Shown here piece after piece: positions 53,282 through 61,547 of a stretch of DNA of 64,000 nucleotides. Position 1 is the first letter of the stretch. The number at the start of each line of letters is the position of its first letter. Origin of the DNA: a virus (Duplodnaviria > Caudoviricetes); the IMG/VR virus record IMGVR_UViG_2838247499_000001, positions 1-64,000 of that record; one strand, written 5' to 3'. Both the position numbers and the translations under genes were made by a program. The notes below the pieces were generated by a model. The model was not told the origin of the DNA and ran no database searches. It saw only the letters and a program-made list of their open reading frames with translations.

Positions 53282-53303
53282 TGGCCTGCCGGCCGAGTGC
53301 TGG
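53282..53303 (+). promoter_or_regulatory. vRNAP hairpin promoter candidate
   Basis: TGGCC-TGCC-GGCCG-A-GTGCTGG. Confidence 0.65.
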
Positions 53304-53341
53304 CAGTCATGTCGACAAGCCAAGCACTCAAGGAATCTCTC

Positions 53342-53905
53342 ATGTTCACCAACGACAACGGAGCCCGCATCGCCATCATCGGCACCGCTGGCCGTGACCG
53401 CACCAAGCCCATGACCCCTGCGCTGTGGGGTTGGATGGTGGCCGATGCCTTGGCCCGCATCCCCAAGGGCGCCCATGTGGTGTCCGGTGGCGCTGCCTGG
53501 GCTGATCACCTGGCCGTCCACCTGTTCCTCACCGGTGTGGCCCACGAGATCACGCTGTACCTGCCGGCGCCCATCAGCAGCACCCACAACTACTTCATGG
53601 GGCCGCCCAAGAGCGCTGGCACTGCCGCCACGTTCTATCACCACCGTTTCAGCGAGACGTTGCAGCTGGACACCATCGGCGAGATCCGCACCGCGGCGAG
53701 CTGCGATGGCTGTCATGGCGAGGCCGAGCCAGTTGCTGAGGGCTACGAGGCCATGTTCGCCCGCAACCGCAAGGTGGCCAAGGCCGAGCAGATGCTGGCC
53801 TACACCTTCGGTCAGGGTGATGCGCCCGATGACGGTGGCACCAAGCACACCTGGGAGCTGTGCCGCGGCGTGAAGCATCACGTGTCGCTGCCGTTGATGC
53901 CCTGA
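53342..53905 (+). CDS. SLOG-superfamily (YspA/DprA-like) protein
   Basis: IAIIG..GR, VSGGA..AD, F.RN..VA, GGT..T motifs. Confidence 0.7.
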   Translation: MFTNDNGARIAIIGTAGRDRTKPMTPALWGWMVADALARIPKGAHVVSGGAAWADHLAVHLFLTGVAHEITLYLPAPISSTHNYFMGPPKSAGTAATFYHHRFSETLQLDTIGEIRTAASCDGCHGEAEPVAEGYEAMFARNRKVAKAEQMLAYTFGQGDAPDDGGTKHTWELCRGVKHHVSLPLMP

Positions 53906-53922
53906 TCCGATCACGCAGGGGG

Positions 53923-53945
53923 ATGGCCTACCGGCCATGGCATGG
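53923..53945 (+). promoter_or_regulatory. vRNAP hairpin promoter candidate
   Basis: ATGGCC-TACC-GGCCAT-GGCATGG. Confidence 0.75.
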
Positions 53946-53983
53946 GCGCCTTGCCCGTGCCCTTCCTTTTCCCGGAGGACCCC

Positions 53984-54328
53984 ATGCAAACCCCTCTCGA
54001 CCTCACCATCTTCAACGCCTTCGTGCAGCGCCTGGCCGCACACGACTGGCACTACGACTACAGCGACGACGGCAACGTCTGGCGCAGGGGCAAAGCCAAC
54101 CAGGCCCAGCTCGTCGAGGTGGCCAACAGCCACCCGCTGCTCAAGCAGGCCTTCGACGCGCACCAGAACGCGGCCTTCCACAACCTGTACCGAGCCAAGC
54201 TGGACAGCGTCATCGCCACCCTGCGTGCGCAGCTGCAGCCCGAGCCGCTGACCGTCGACCACCTGCCCAACACCACTGGCGATTCGCTTGAAGGCGCCAT
54301 GACCTGGGCGGCCGCTCAAGCGGCCTGA
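53984..54328 (+). CDS. early hypothetical protein
   Basis: SD GGAGG; L..HDW.Y.YSDD..VW..G motif. Confidence 0.75.
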   Translation: MQTPLDLTIFNAFVQRLAAHDWHYDYSDDGNVWRRGKANQAQLVEVANSHPLLKQAFDAHQNAAFHNLYRAKLDSVIATLRAQLQPEPLTVDHLPNTTGDSLEGAMTWAAAQAA

Positions 54329-54356
54329 TCCACCCACTTCAACCACAGGAGCTCTC

Positions 54357-54551
54357 ATGTCCCTGAAGCGCATCGCCATCAAGTCGAACTTCGACCTGGA
54401 GATGTTCACCGAGGCCTTCCTCAACGTGCCTGCCATGCCGGAGGAGCAAGCCAAGCAGGTGTGCGAAGCACTCAACCAGGTCTACCCGCAAGGGCCGAAC
54501 TACTACGCGCCGGTGGACCCCGACTACCAGCTCTACAAGTTCGAGCCCTGA
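54357..54551 (+). CDS. early hypothetical protein
   Basis: SD AGGAG, 64 aa. Confidence 0.7.
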   Translation: MSLKRIAIKSNFDLEMFTEAFLNVPAMPEEQAKQVCEALNQVYPQGPNYYAPVDPDYQLYKFEP

Positions 54552-54552
54552 C

Positions 54553-54732
54553 ATGCCCCTCAACAAGAACGACCTCACCACCATGGCCAGCCTCCTCGAC
54601 GAAGCTGCAGCCATCCTGCAGCAGCTTCCCGAGGACCTGGCCGAGCGGCTGCAAGTCCGGCACTTCTTGCCTGACGAGCTGATTGGCAGCGCGCTGATGC
54701 TGCGCGACCAGGCCAACGAACAAGCCACCTAA
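54553..54732 (+). CDS. early hypothetical protein (59 aa)
   Basis: MPLNKNDLTTMASLLDEAAAIL...; fills gap with good codon usage. Confidence 0.6.
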   Translation: MPLNKNDLTTMASLLDEAAAILQQLPEDLAERLQVRHFLPDELIGSALMLRDQANEQAT

Positions 54733-54760
54733 CCCATCCATCAACCACGGAGAACCATCC

Positions 54761-55696
54761 ATGACAGACGACAACGAACCCCACGTTGAAACCATGCGCG
54801 AGATCGTTCTCCAGGAGATGAACGAGGAGCGCTTCAACCGCAAGCACATCGACGCCAAGATCCGCAAGGCCATCGAGTCCGACCCGGGCATGGTGGCCAA
54901 GGTGGAGCAGGGCGCAGACCTGGTCCACGCCTACCTCAACGGCGAGTACTACGCCTCCAAGATGAAGCGCCTGGCCCAGCTCAAGGCCATGGACATCCCG
55001 GCCCTCGTGATGGACATGTTCGTGGGCATCGCCTACTGCCTGCGCCCGGAGCTGTTCACCTCGGTGACGGCTCAGCTGGCCGCTCGCCTGAAGTTCTCGG
55101 ACAAGACCGAGGCCATCACCACGGTGGCCGAGCTCATGGCCGTGCTGTGCCAGACCGATGCGTTCGACATCACGAAGGAAAGCCGGGAGGCTTCCCTGAT
55201 GGTGGTGTCCCGTGTCCCGCTGTCCGACCTCCTGGTCGACTTCATCGAGAACAGCCAGTACCTGCCTCCGATGGTGTGCGAGCCGCTGGAGCTGACTCAC
55301 AACTTCAGCTCCGGCTACCTCACGCACAACGACAGCCTGATCCTCGGCAGTGGCAACCACCACGACGGCGATCTGTGTCTGGACACGCTGAACCTGCAGA
55401 ACAAGGTGGCCCTCAGCCTGGACCTGGAGTTCCTCTGCCAGGTCGAGGAGGAGCCCACCTTCGAGCTCGACTCGCAGGACAAGCGCGACAACTGGGAGCG
55501 CTTCAAGAAGCAGAGCTACCAGTTCTACAGCCTCATGCAGCAGCAGGGCAACCGCTTCCACCTGACCCACAAGGTCGACAAGCGCGGCCGCTCCTACGCC
55601 TGCGGGTATCACATCAACACCCAGGGCGCTGCGTTCAAGAAGGCCATGATCGAGTTCGCTGACAAGGAGCTCGTCGAAGGAGTGCCGGCGTGCTGA
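54761..55696 (+). CDS. RNA polymerase II subunit 1 (N4 gp15-like)
   Basis: LPPMV..P, SGYL, DKRGR.Y..GYH...QG..F.KA. Confidence 0.92.
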   Translation: MTDDNEPHVETMREIVLQEMNEERFNRKHIDAKIRKAIESDPGMVAKVEQGADLVHAYLNGEYYASKMKRLAQLKAMDIPALVMDMFVGIAYCLRPELFTSVTAQLAARLKFSDKTEAITTVAELMAVLCQTDAFDITKESREASLMVVSRVPLSDLLVDFIENSQYLPPMVCEPLELTHNFSSGYLTHNDSLILGSGNHHDGDLCLDTLNLQNKVALSLDLEFLCQVEEEPTFELDSQDKRDNWERFKKQSYQFYSLMQQQGNRFHLTHKVDKRGRSYACGYHINTQGAAFKKAMIEFADKELVEGVPAC

Positions 55697-55905
55697 TGTG
55701 GGTGCCAGGTGAGACGGTGATCCTGGAGGGCGATCGCATCAACCGCGATGTCCCTCTGGGCACCTACTCGCGCACCACCCATGGGCGCTGGTGCGTGCGC
55801 AAAGTCCTCACGGGCGGCTGGCATGTCTGGGAGCAGTTGCCTGTCGGCGCTGATCTCCCCAAAGAACTCAAGACCCTCGCCCTCTTGCAGGGCATCACCT
55901 TGTAG
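55690..55905 (+). CDS. small protein, RNAP-interval family copy 1
   Basis: Ends LPKELKTLALLQGITL. Confidence 0.7.
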   Translation: MLMWVPGETVILEGDRINRDVPLGTYSRTTHGRWCVRKVLTGGWHVWEQLPVGADLPKELKTLALLQGITL

Positions 55906-55914
55906 GAGATCCAC

Positions 55915-56175
55915 ATGACTACCTGGCGATCCACCCTGCTGTCCTGGCGGCCCGGCCAGCCAGTGATCGAGGAAGTGGGCCTCGACCACACCTTCGATCC
56001 CCGGATCGGCGACCACATGCGCGGGACCATGGGTGACTGGCACGTTTACCGGCGCTTCGCTCCCGACAAGAAGAAGCCGTTCACCACCATCGAGGCATGG
56101 GTCCGCGTGCCCTTCGTCGAGCAGCTGTCCGACCAACTCAAGACCATCGCCCTGATCCAGGGCATCAACCTCTAG
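55915..56175 (+). CDS. small protein, RNAP-interval family copy 2
   Basis: SD AGGAG; ends LSDQLKTIALIQGINL. Confidence 0.75.
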   Translation: MTTWRSTLLSWRPGQPVIEEVGLDHTFDPRIGDHMRGTMGDWHVYRRFAPDKKKPFTTIEAWVRVPFVEQLSDQLKTIALIQGINL

Positions 56176-56185
56176 GAGATCCACC

Positions 56186-56416
56186 ATGTCCAGTCTGCTG
56201 ACCTGGCACCGCGACCACGGCATGAAGGAAGTGCCCCAGTCGATGGCCAGCATCCTGCCCAGGGGCACCTACGTCCGCTTCGGCGACTCAACCTCGTCCC
56301 CCTGGAAGCTGCGCACCAAGCGTCGCACCGCCGGCCACAAGTGGACCCACATCCCCAAGAAGAACCTGCCCAAGCAGGTCCATGTGGATGCCCTGCTGTT
56401 GGAAATCCGGGTGTGA
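56186..56416 (+). CDS. small protein, RNAP-interval family copy 3
   Basis: SD AGGAG; ends LPKQVHVDALLLEIRV. Confidence 0.7.
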   Translation: MSSLLTWHRDHGMKEVPQSMASILPRGTYVRFGDSTSSPWKLRTKRRTAGHKWTHIPKKNLPKQVHVDALLLEIRV

Positions 56417-56661
56417 CCTACGCCACCATCTTCTACGCCGGCCTTCCGTATGAGTCCTACCCGGATGAAGACACGCTGAACGCCGTTCGGTTGGCCTGTG
56501 ACCAGGAGCTCTACAACGGCGCCTTCATCTACTACCACCATGGCAAGTCCAGGTGGGAACCACGCCGCTGGTATCGCATGGACCTGACCCCGGTGCTCGA
56601 CACCGAGGCCCAAAGCGACGTTCCACCCGAACTCAAGGCCTACGTGCTGCTGCTCAGTTGA
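56413..56661 (+). CDS. small protein, RNAP-interval family copy 4
   Basis: GTGA overlap; ends VPPELKAYVLLLS. Confidence 0.65.
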   Translation: MTYATIFYAGLPYESYPDEDTLNAVRLACDQELYNGAFIYYHHGKSRWEPRRWYRMDLTPVLDTEAQSDVPPELKAYVLLLS

Positions 56662-56702
56662 ACTGAGCGGTGGCCCACATCCATTCAATCCAAGGAGATC
56701 AC

Positions 56703-57953
56703 ATGTTCAAGACCTACACCGGTTGGCAGTGGCTGCTCATCGACGCGGCCAACAACTTTGGCCACGACAAGATGCTCTTTGAGGAGCGCATCGACTGGGC
56801 CACCAACAACCTCACCCAGCTGGAGGCCATCGCCGACCAGGCTGAAACCCAGCCGCTGTACCGCAAGGCGGTGCTGGCCATCCGCAAGGCCATGCGTCAC
56901 GAGCCCACCGGCCACATGGTGGGCGTGGATGCGACCTGCTCGGGCATCCAGATCATGTCGGTGCTCACCGGCTGCATCGCCGGCGCGGAGTCCACTGGCC
57001 TGGTCAACCCCAACGAGCGGGCCGACGCCTACTCCAAGACCACCCGCGTGATGAACGAGCTGCTGGCCACCCAGGGCCTGTCCGTCGACGTTCCCCGCGG
57101 GGATGCCAAGACGGCCCTCATGACGAGCTTCTACGGCTCCAAGCGCCAGCCGAAGGACATCTTCGGCGAGGACACGCCCGAGCTGGAGGCCTTCTACCAG
57201 GCCGCCATGGTCGTGGCACCGGGCGCCTGGACGCTGCTGCAGGACCTGCTGGCCAGCTGGCAGCCCTTCGCCCTGCAGCACGCCTGGAAGCTGCCTGATG
57301 GCTACGACGCCCGCGTCCGGGTCATGAAGAAGCGCGAGGTTCGCATCGAGGTCGACGAGCTCGATCACGCCAGCTTCACCTACGAGTTCTACGAGAACGA
57401 AGGTGAGCGCAAGGGCCTGGCCAACGCCGCCAACGTCACGCACAGCATGGACGCCTACGTCCTGCGCGAGATGCACCGGCGCTGTAACTACGACCGGGAG
57501 GTCGTCAACCGCGCCAGCGTGCTGATCGACACCGAGCTGGCCGTGCGCTCCATGGGCGTGACCCGCGACGAGCGGATCCCCGATGGCAAGGCCGGCTACT
57601 ACGTGCAGCAGTACCTGCGCAGCACGCACGCCAGCGCCGTGATCCTGCCTCACCTGAACGCCGACAACGTGCAGGTGCTGAGCCAGGACCACCTGGAGGC
57701 ACTGCAGCACATGTGCAACGGCATGCTCCAGTACCGCCCGTTCCCGCTGGTGACGGTTCACGATGAGTTCAAGGCTCACGCGAACAACATCAACTGGGTG
57801 CGCTGGCAGTACCGCGAGATCCTCGCCGAGATCGCTGACTCCAACGTCCTGGAAGACCTGCTGGGTCAGATCCATGGCTGCCCGATCAGCATCAACAAGC
57901 TGTCGTTCAACCTGGCTGACCTCATCCGCCAATCCAACTACGCACTCTGCTAG
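56703..57953 (+). CDS. RNA polymerase II subunit 2 (N4 gp16-like)
   Basis: DATCSGIQ (A), RGDAKTALMTSFYG (B), ANVTHS.DA, VHDEF (C). Confidence 0.95.
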   Translation: MFKTYTGWQWLLIDAANNFGHDKMLFEERIDWATNNLTQLEAIADQAETQPLYRKAVLAIRKAMRHEPTGHMVGVDATCSGIQIMSVLTGCIAGAESTGLVNPNERADAYSKTTRVMNELLATQGLSVDVPRGDAKTALMTSFYGSKRQPKDIFGEDTPELEAFYQAAMVVAPGAWTLLQDLLASWQPFALQHAWKLPDGYDARVRVMKKREVRIEVDELDHASFTYEFYENEGERKGLANAANVTHSMDAYVLREMHRRCNYDREVVNRASVLIDTELAVRSMGVTRDERIPDGKAGYYVQQYLRSTHASAVILPHLNADNVQVLSQDHLEALQHMCNGMLQYRPFPLVTVHDEFKAHANNINWVRWQYREILAEIADSNVLEDLLGQIHGCPISINKLSFNLADLIRQSNYALC

Positions 57954-57961
57954 GAGAACCA

Positions 57962-58087
57962 GTGAACCCGATCGACTACCTCAAGAGCCTGATCGCAGGC
58001 CAACAAGGCAGCAGCACTCCAGTGCAGCTGTCCGAGCTGCAGCTGCTGCTGAGGCTCATGGAAGCACAGCAGAACAGCCGACAGTAG
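57962..58087 (+). CDS. 41-aa hypothetical protein
   Basis: SD AGGAG then GTG. Confidence 0.45.
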   Translation: MNPIDYLKSLIAGQQGSSTPVQLSELQLLLRLMEAQQNSRQ

Positions 58088-58095
58088 AACCACAC

Positions 58096-58118
58096 GCGCC
58101 CTCCGGGCGCCCCCACGA
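58096..58118 (+). promoter_or_regulatory. hairpin promoter candidate (CACGA class)
   Basis: GCGCCC-TCC-GGGCGC-CCC-CACGA. Confidence 0.65.
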
Positions 58119-58126
58119 GTGGGGAG

Positions 58127-58169
58127 AGCCGACAGATCCATCCAACAGGGTGGGCCTGTCGGCTTTTTT
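58127..58169 (+). terminator. intrinsic terminator
   Basis: AGCCGACAG...CTGTCGGCT followed by T-run. Confidence 0.7.
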
Positions 58170-58207
58170 CATTCGGCCCCACCAACCCACACCCCTCGAA
58201 CCAGACC

Positions 58208-58597
58208 ATGCTGACCACCATCGTCAAGAACCTCACCGCCCTGCAGAAGGACCAGATCGTCCAGATCTACCGCAGCAAGCAGAAGACCATCAAGGACATC
58301 GCCAAGGACTTCGACACCAGCCCCCGCACCATCGGCCGCGTGCTCGAAGAACGTGGCCTGGCCACCCCGGTGCCGCGCCTGAAGGGCGAGGCCTACCGCG
58401 TGATGAAGGTGCTCGAAGGCGCCGGCATCGGCGTCGACGACCTCATCAAGATCATCGCCCAGTGCAAGCCCGGCGAGGCCCCGATGCCCATCAGCGGCCA
58501 CTTCTCCCGGGACCTGGCCGAGCTGTACCGCCGTCACCCGGTCATCAAGCCCCACCCGAGCCAGCCCTTCCTGCGCAACCCGGCACTCGCAGCCTGA
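58208..58597 (+). CDS. HTH DNA-binding protein
   Basis: TIKDIAKDFDTSPRTIGRVL helix-turn-helix. Confidence 0.75.
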   Translation: MLTTIVKNLTALQKDQIVQIYRSKQKTIKDIAKDFDTSPRTIGRVLEERGLATPVPRLKGEAYRVMKVLEGAGIGVDDLIKIIAQCKPGEAPMPISGHFSRDLAELYRRHPVIKPHPSQPFLRNPALAA

Positions 58598-58603
58598 ACC
58601 AGC

Positions 58604-58789
58604 ATGCACCAACCCCTCCCGCCGATGCCCATGGCGCTGTTCCCCACCATGGGCAGCTTGCAGGAGGTGCTGGATCTCGCCGAGTCGCGCCTGCCCCTCA
58701 CCTCCAAGAACGACGTCACCACCCTGCTGATGACGTACCACAACACCCTGCTCAGCGAGCTGGCGAAGCACCAGTGCATGTCGGCCTGA
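58604..58789 (+). CDS. hypothetical protein
   Basis: 61 aa, LLMTYHNTLL. Confidence 0.7.
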   Translation: MHQPLPPMPMALFPTMGSLQEVLDLAESRLPLTSKNDVTTLLMTYHNTLLSELAKHQCMSA

Positions 58790-58830
58790 GCTGAACCAAG
58801 ACAGACAACCTCTCCGAGGACACAACCACC

Positions 58831-59847
58831 ATGCAAGTGAAGATCAGCCAGGCGGTCAAGATGATCACCGCCATCATCAAGGCCAAGCTCGTGGCCATGC
58901 TCAAGAGCTCACCCGGCCTGGGCAAGAGCAGCGTCGTCCGCCAGATCGCCGCCATGTACGGCCTGAAGGTCATCGACCTGCGTCTCTCGCAGTGCGATCC
59001 GACCGACCTGCTGGGCTTCCCGACCATCAACAAGGACGGCCGCGCCGGCTACGCCCCCATGGACACGTTCCCCATCGAGGGCGACGAGATCCCCAAGGGC
59101 TACAACGGCTGGCTGCTGTTCCTGGACGAGTTCAATTCGGCCAGTCCGGCAGTCCAGGCCGCGGCCTACAAGGTCGTGCTCGACCGCATGGTGGGCATCC
59201 ACAACCTGCACCCCAACCTGGCCATCGTGTGCGCCGGCAACCTGGAGAGCGACGGCGCCATCGTCAACCCGATGTCCACCGCGCTGCAGTCGCGCATCGT
59301 CCACCTCGAGCTCGTGCTCGACAACGAGGAGTGGCTGGCCTGGGCCGCATCGGAGAAGCTGGATCACCGCATCCTCGACTTCATCCGCTTCAAGCCGGGC
59401 GACCTCTACAACTTCACGCCGGACCACACGGACGTCACCTACGCCTGCCCGCGCACCTGGGAGTTCGCCAACCGCATCGTCGGCGTGTCCGACATCACCG
59501 ACCACGACACGCTGCCCATGCTGGCCGGTGCCCTGGGTGAAGGCGTGGCCCGCGAGTTCATCACGTTCTGCAAGATCTACGAGCACGTGCCCAAGCCCGC
59601 GCAGATCATGGCCAACCCGGAAGGTGTGCCGGTGCCGGCCGAACCCAGCTACCTGTACGCGCTGACGGGCACCCTGAGCCACAACGCCAACGAGTCGAAC
59701 TTCGGCCAGCTGATGAAGTTCATCAAGCGCATGCCGGCCGAGTTCCAGGTGGTCACCCTGAAGGACACCGTCCGCCGCAACAAGACGATGCTCCAGCACT
59801 CGTCGATGCGTGAGTGGGTAGCCACCTCCGCGGTCGAGCTGTTCTAA
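58831..59847 (+). CDS. MoxR-like AAA+ ATPase (N4 gp24-like)
   Basis: SSPGLGKS, DLRL, LFLDE, AGN, AL.SR, PRTW. Confidence 0.9.
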   Translation: MQVKISQAVKMITAIIKAKLVAMLKSSPGLGKSSVVRQIAAMYGLKVIDLRLSQCDPTDLLGFPTINKDGRAGYAPMDTFPIEGDEIPKGYNGWLLFLDEFNSASPAVQAAAYKVVLDRMVGIHNLHPNLAIVCAGNLESDGAIVNPMSTALQSRIVHLELVLDNEEWLAWAASEKLDHRILDFIRFKPGDLYNFTPDHTDVTYACPRTWEFANRIVGVSDITDHDTLPMLAGALGEGVAREFITFCKIYEHVPKPAQIMANPEGVPVPAEPSYLYALTGTLSHNANESNFGQLMKFIKRMPAEFQVVTLKDTVRRNKTMLQHSSMREWVATSAVELF

Positions 59848-59960
59848 GCCCCCACCGCTACCACCACCGTTCCCTCCATCACCCAAGCACCACCCCGGAG
59901 GTTCCCTTGATCCAGATCCATGGGACCTCCCGGTCCCGCTTCACCATCCCCCTGCCCACC

Positions 59961-60128
59961 ATGAAATTCCTCCGCAAACCCACCGCCGAAGACCTGGCCG
60001 CCAAGCAGCTGGCCGAGCACAAGCGTCGCCTGCTGGAAGCCAAGGCCAACGCCACCTGGGCCTCCAAGATGGTCGAGTACCACGAGGAGTGCATCGCCGA
60101 GCTGGAACAGTCGGCCAGCAAGGCCTGA
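59961..60128 (+). CDS. hypothetical protein (55 aa)
   Basis: MKFLRKPTAEDLAAKQLAEHKRRLL... Confidence 0.65.
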   Translation: MKFLRKPTAEDLAAKQLAEHKRRLLEAKANATWASKMVEYHEECIAELEQSASKA

Positions 60129-60129
60129 C

Positions 60130-60600
60130 ATGGGTGACCGCACCTACGTCAACCTGTACGTGCCACGGGAGCTTGGGCCTCAAGCCAGGGACCTGCTCGA
60201 CGGCTTCAGCGAAGACGACGAGCGGGATACCAACCTGTGGTGGTTCAGCTTCGAGGAAGTCAACTACGGCGAGCTCGACAGAGGCGATCAGCAAGCCCTC
60301 ATCGACGCCGGCATCGCCTACGACATGGGGTGGGAAGCCGGCAGTGAGTACGGTGCAGGCACCAAGTCCGTTCGCTTCACCCCCGATGGCGAGCTCGAGG
60401 TCAAGGAGGTCTACGACGAGAACCTCGGCGTGTACCTGGATGACCTGCTCAAGGTCATCGACGACCACGAGCAGCTCAAGGCCGTGATCCTCAAGCACAA
60501 GGAACGCACCGTGCCCCGAGATTGGGAGAACCAAGTCGAGTACGGGAAGCTGTACCTGGCTCGCCAGCTCATCGCACCGAAAGGAGCAACCACACCATGA
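60130..60600 (+). CDS. hypothetical protein
   Basis: 156 aa acidic, MGDRT...FEEVNYG. Confidence 0.75.
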   Translation: MGDRTYVNLYVPRELGPQARDLLDGFSEDDERDTNLWWFSFEEVNYGELDRGDQQALIDAGIAYDMGWEAGSEYGAGTKSVRFTPDGELEVKEVYDENLGVYLDDLLKVIDDHEQLKAVILKHKERTVPRDWENQVEYGKLYLARQLIAPKGATTP

Positions 60601-60950
60601 CCGTCAAGACCACAGGCCTGCAGTACAAGGCCTTCATCAAGTCCCAGGACCCCGCGTTCTGGCCCGAAGGTGCCTGGATGGACGACGCCGAGGTCGTCGT
60701 CGATGGCCGGCCCTGGAACGGCGATGTCGACGAAGACCAGATCAGCGACACCGCCGAGGTGAGAGTCACCGGTGGCGTCGTCTTCCTGTCGGAGGACGCC
60801 GATGACGGCCCCTCCGTGGAGGCCCACCTCAAGCGCTGGCTCAAGGCCCAGACCACCATGGTCGTGATGGTCGAGATCGACAAGGTCCACAAGCAGGCGC
60901 TGTGCGAGTGCCTGGCCAAGATGCCCTTCAAGGCCAAGGTGCTCACATGA
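60597..60950 (+). CDS. hypothetical protein
   Basis: SD AGGAG, ATGA overlap. Confidence 0.7.
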   Translation: MTVKTTGLQYKAFIKSQDPAFWPEGAWMDDAEVVVDGRPWNGDVDEDQISDTAEVRVTGGVVFLSEDADDGPSVEAHLKRWLKAQTTMVVMVEIDKVHKQALCECLAKMPFKAKVLT

Positions 60951-61141
60951 GCAACACCCGCTCCATCCCCCGCCTGCTGACCGCGGCCGCGACCGCACTG
61001 GCTGCCCTGGCCACGCCGGCCGTCGCCGAAGTCCCCCGGGCTGCGCCGCGCAAGCTGCCTGCCCTGGTCACCGCCAACCCCTGGTTCGGCAAGGGCGGGA
61101 AGAAGCGCGCGCAGTGGAAGTCCGAGGTGGGCCGGCGCTGA
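60947..61141 (+). CDS. hypothetical protein with signal-like N-terminus
   Basis: ATGA overlap; ends RAQWKSEVGRR. Confidence 0.6.
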   Translation: MSNTRSIPRLLTAAATALAALATPAVAEVPRAAPRKLPALVTANPWFGKGGKKRAQWKSEVGRR

Positions 61142-61158
61142 GCAGTAGCTGAGCTCAG

Positions 61159-61181
61159 GCGCAGTCCCTGCGCGCCCACGA
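61159..61181 (+). promoter_or_regulatory. hairpin promoter candidate (CACGA class)
   Basis: GCGCAG-TCC-CTGCGC-GCC-CACGA. Confidence 0.6.
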
Positions 61182-61527
61182 CTCCCGAGAGTCCAGACCA
61201 CAGATCGACCATGGAGAACCCCATGAACAGCATATAGCTGCGGCCCGCTCAGGGCCAACGCAACCCGACCAGCAAACCCTCGCGCACCTGTCGCATATGA
61301 GGGTCGAACCAGGCGCCGCACTGAGCTCTTAGAGCACCAACCACCGCGCCGTTGACCTCGCACCTGGCTGCCCACATCGCAGCAGTCCAGGAGCCGTCCG
61401 GGCGCCATCTGAGACACGAGCAGTCGCTGCAGCACTGCCTTGATCTTGATGCCGACCCGGACGTAAAGCTCCCCCCACTGAACCAGCTGCATACAACGAT
61501 CACACAGAGGCCATGGGCCTCTTTTTT
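61180..61527 (+). ncRNA. putative ~350-nt structured RNA or leader
   Basis: Between hairpin promoter and terminator AGAGGCC...GGCCTCT-T5 (61506-61527); many stems; no good CDS. Confidence 0.4.
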
Positions 61528-61547
61528 CATTGCGGAGAAGGAATCCC

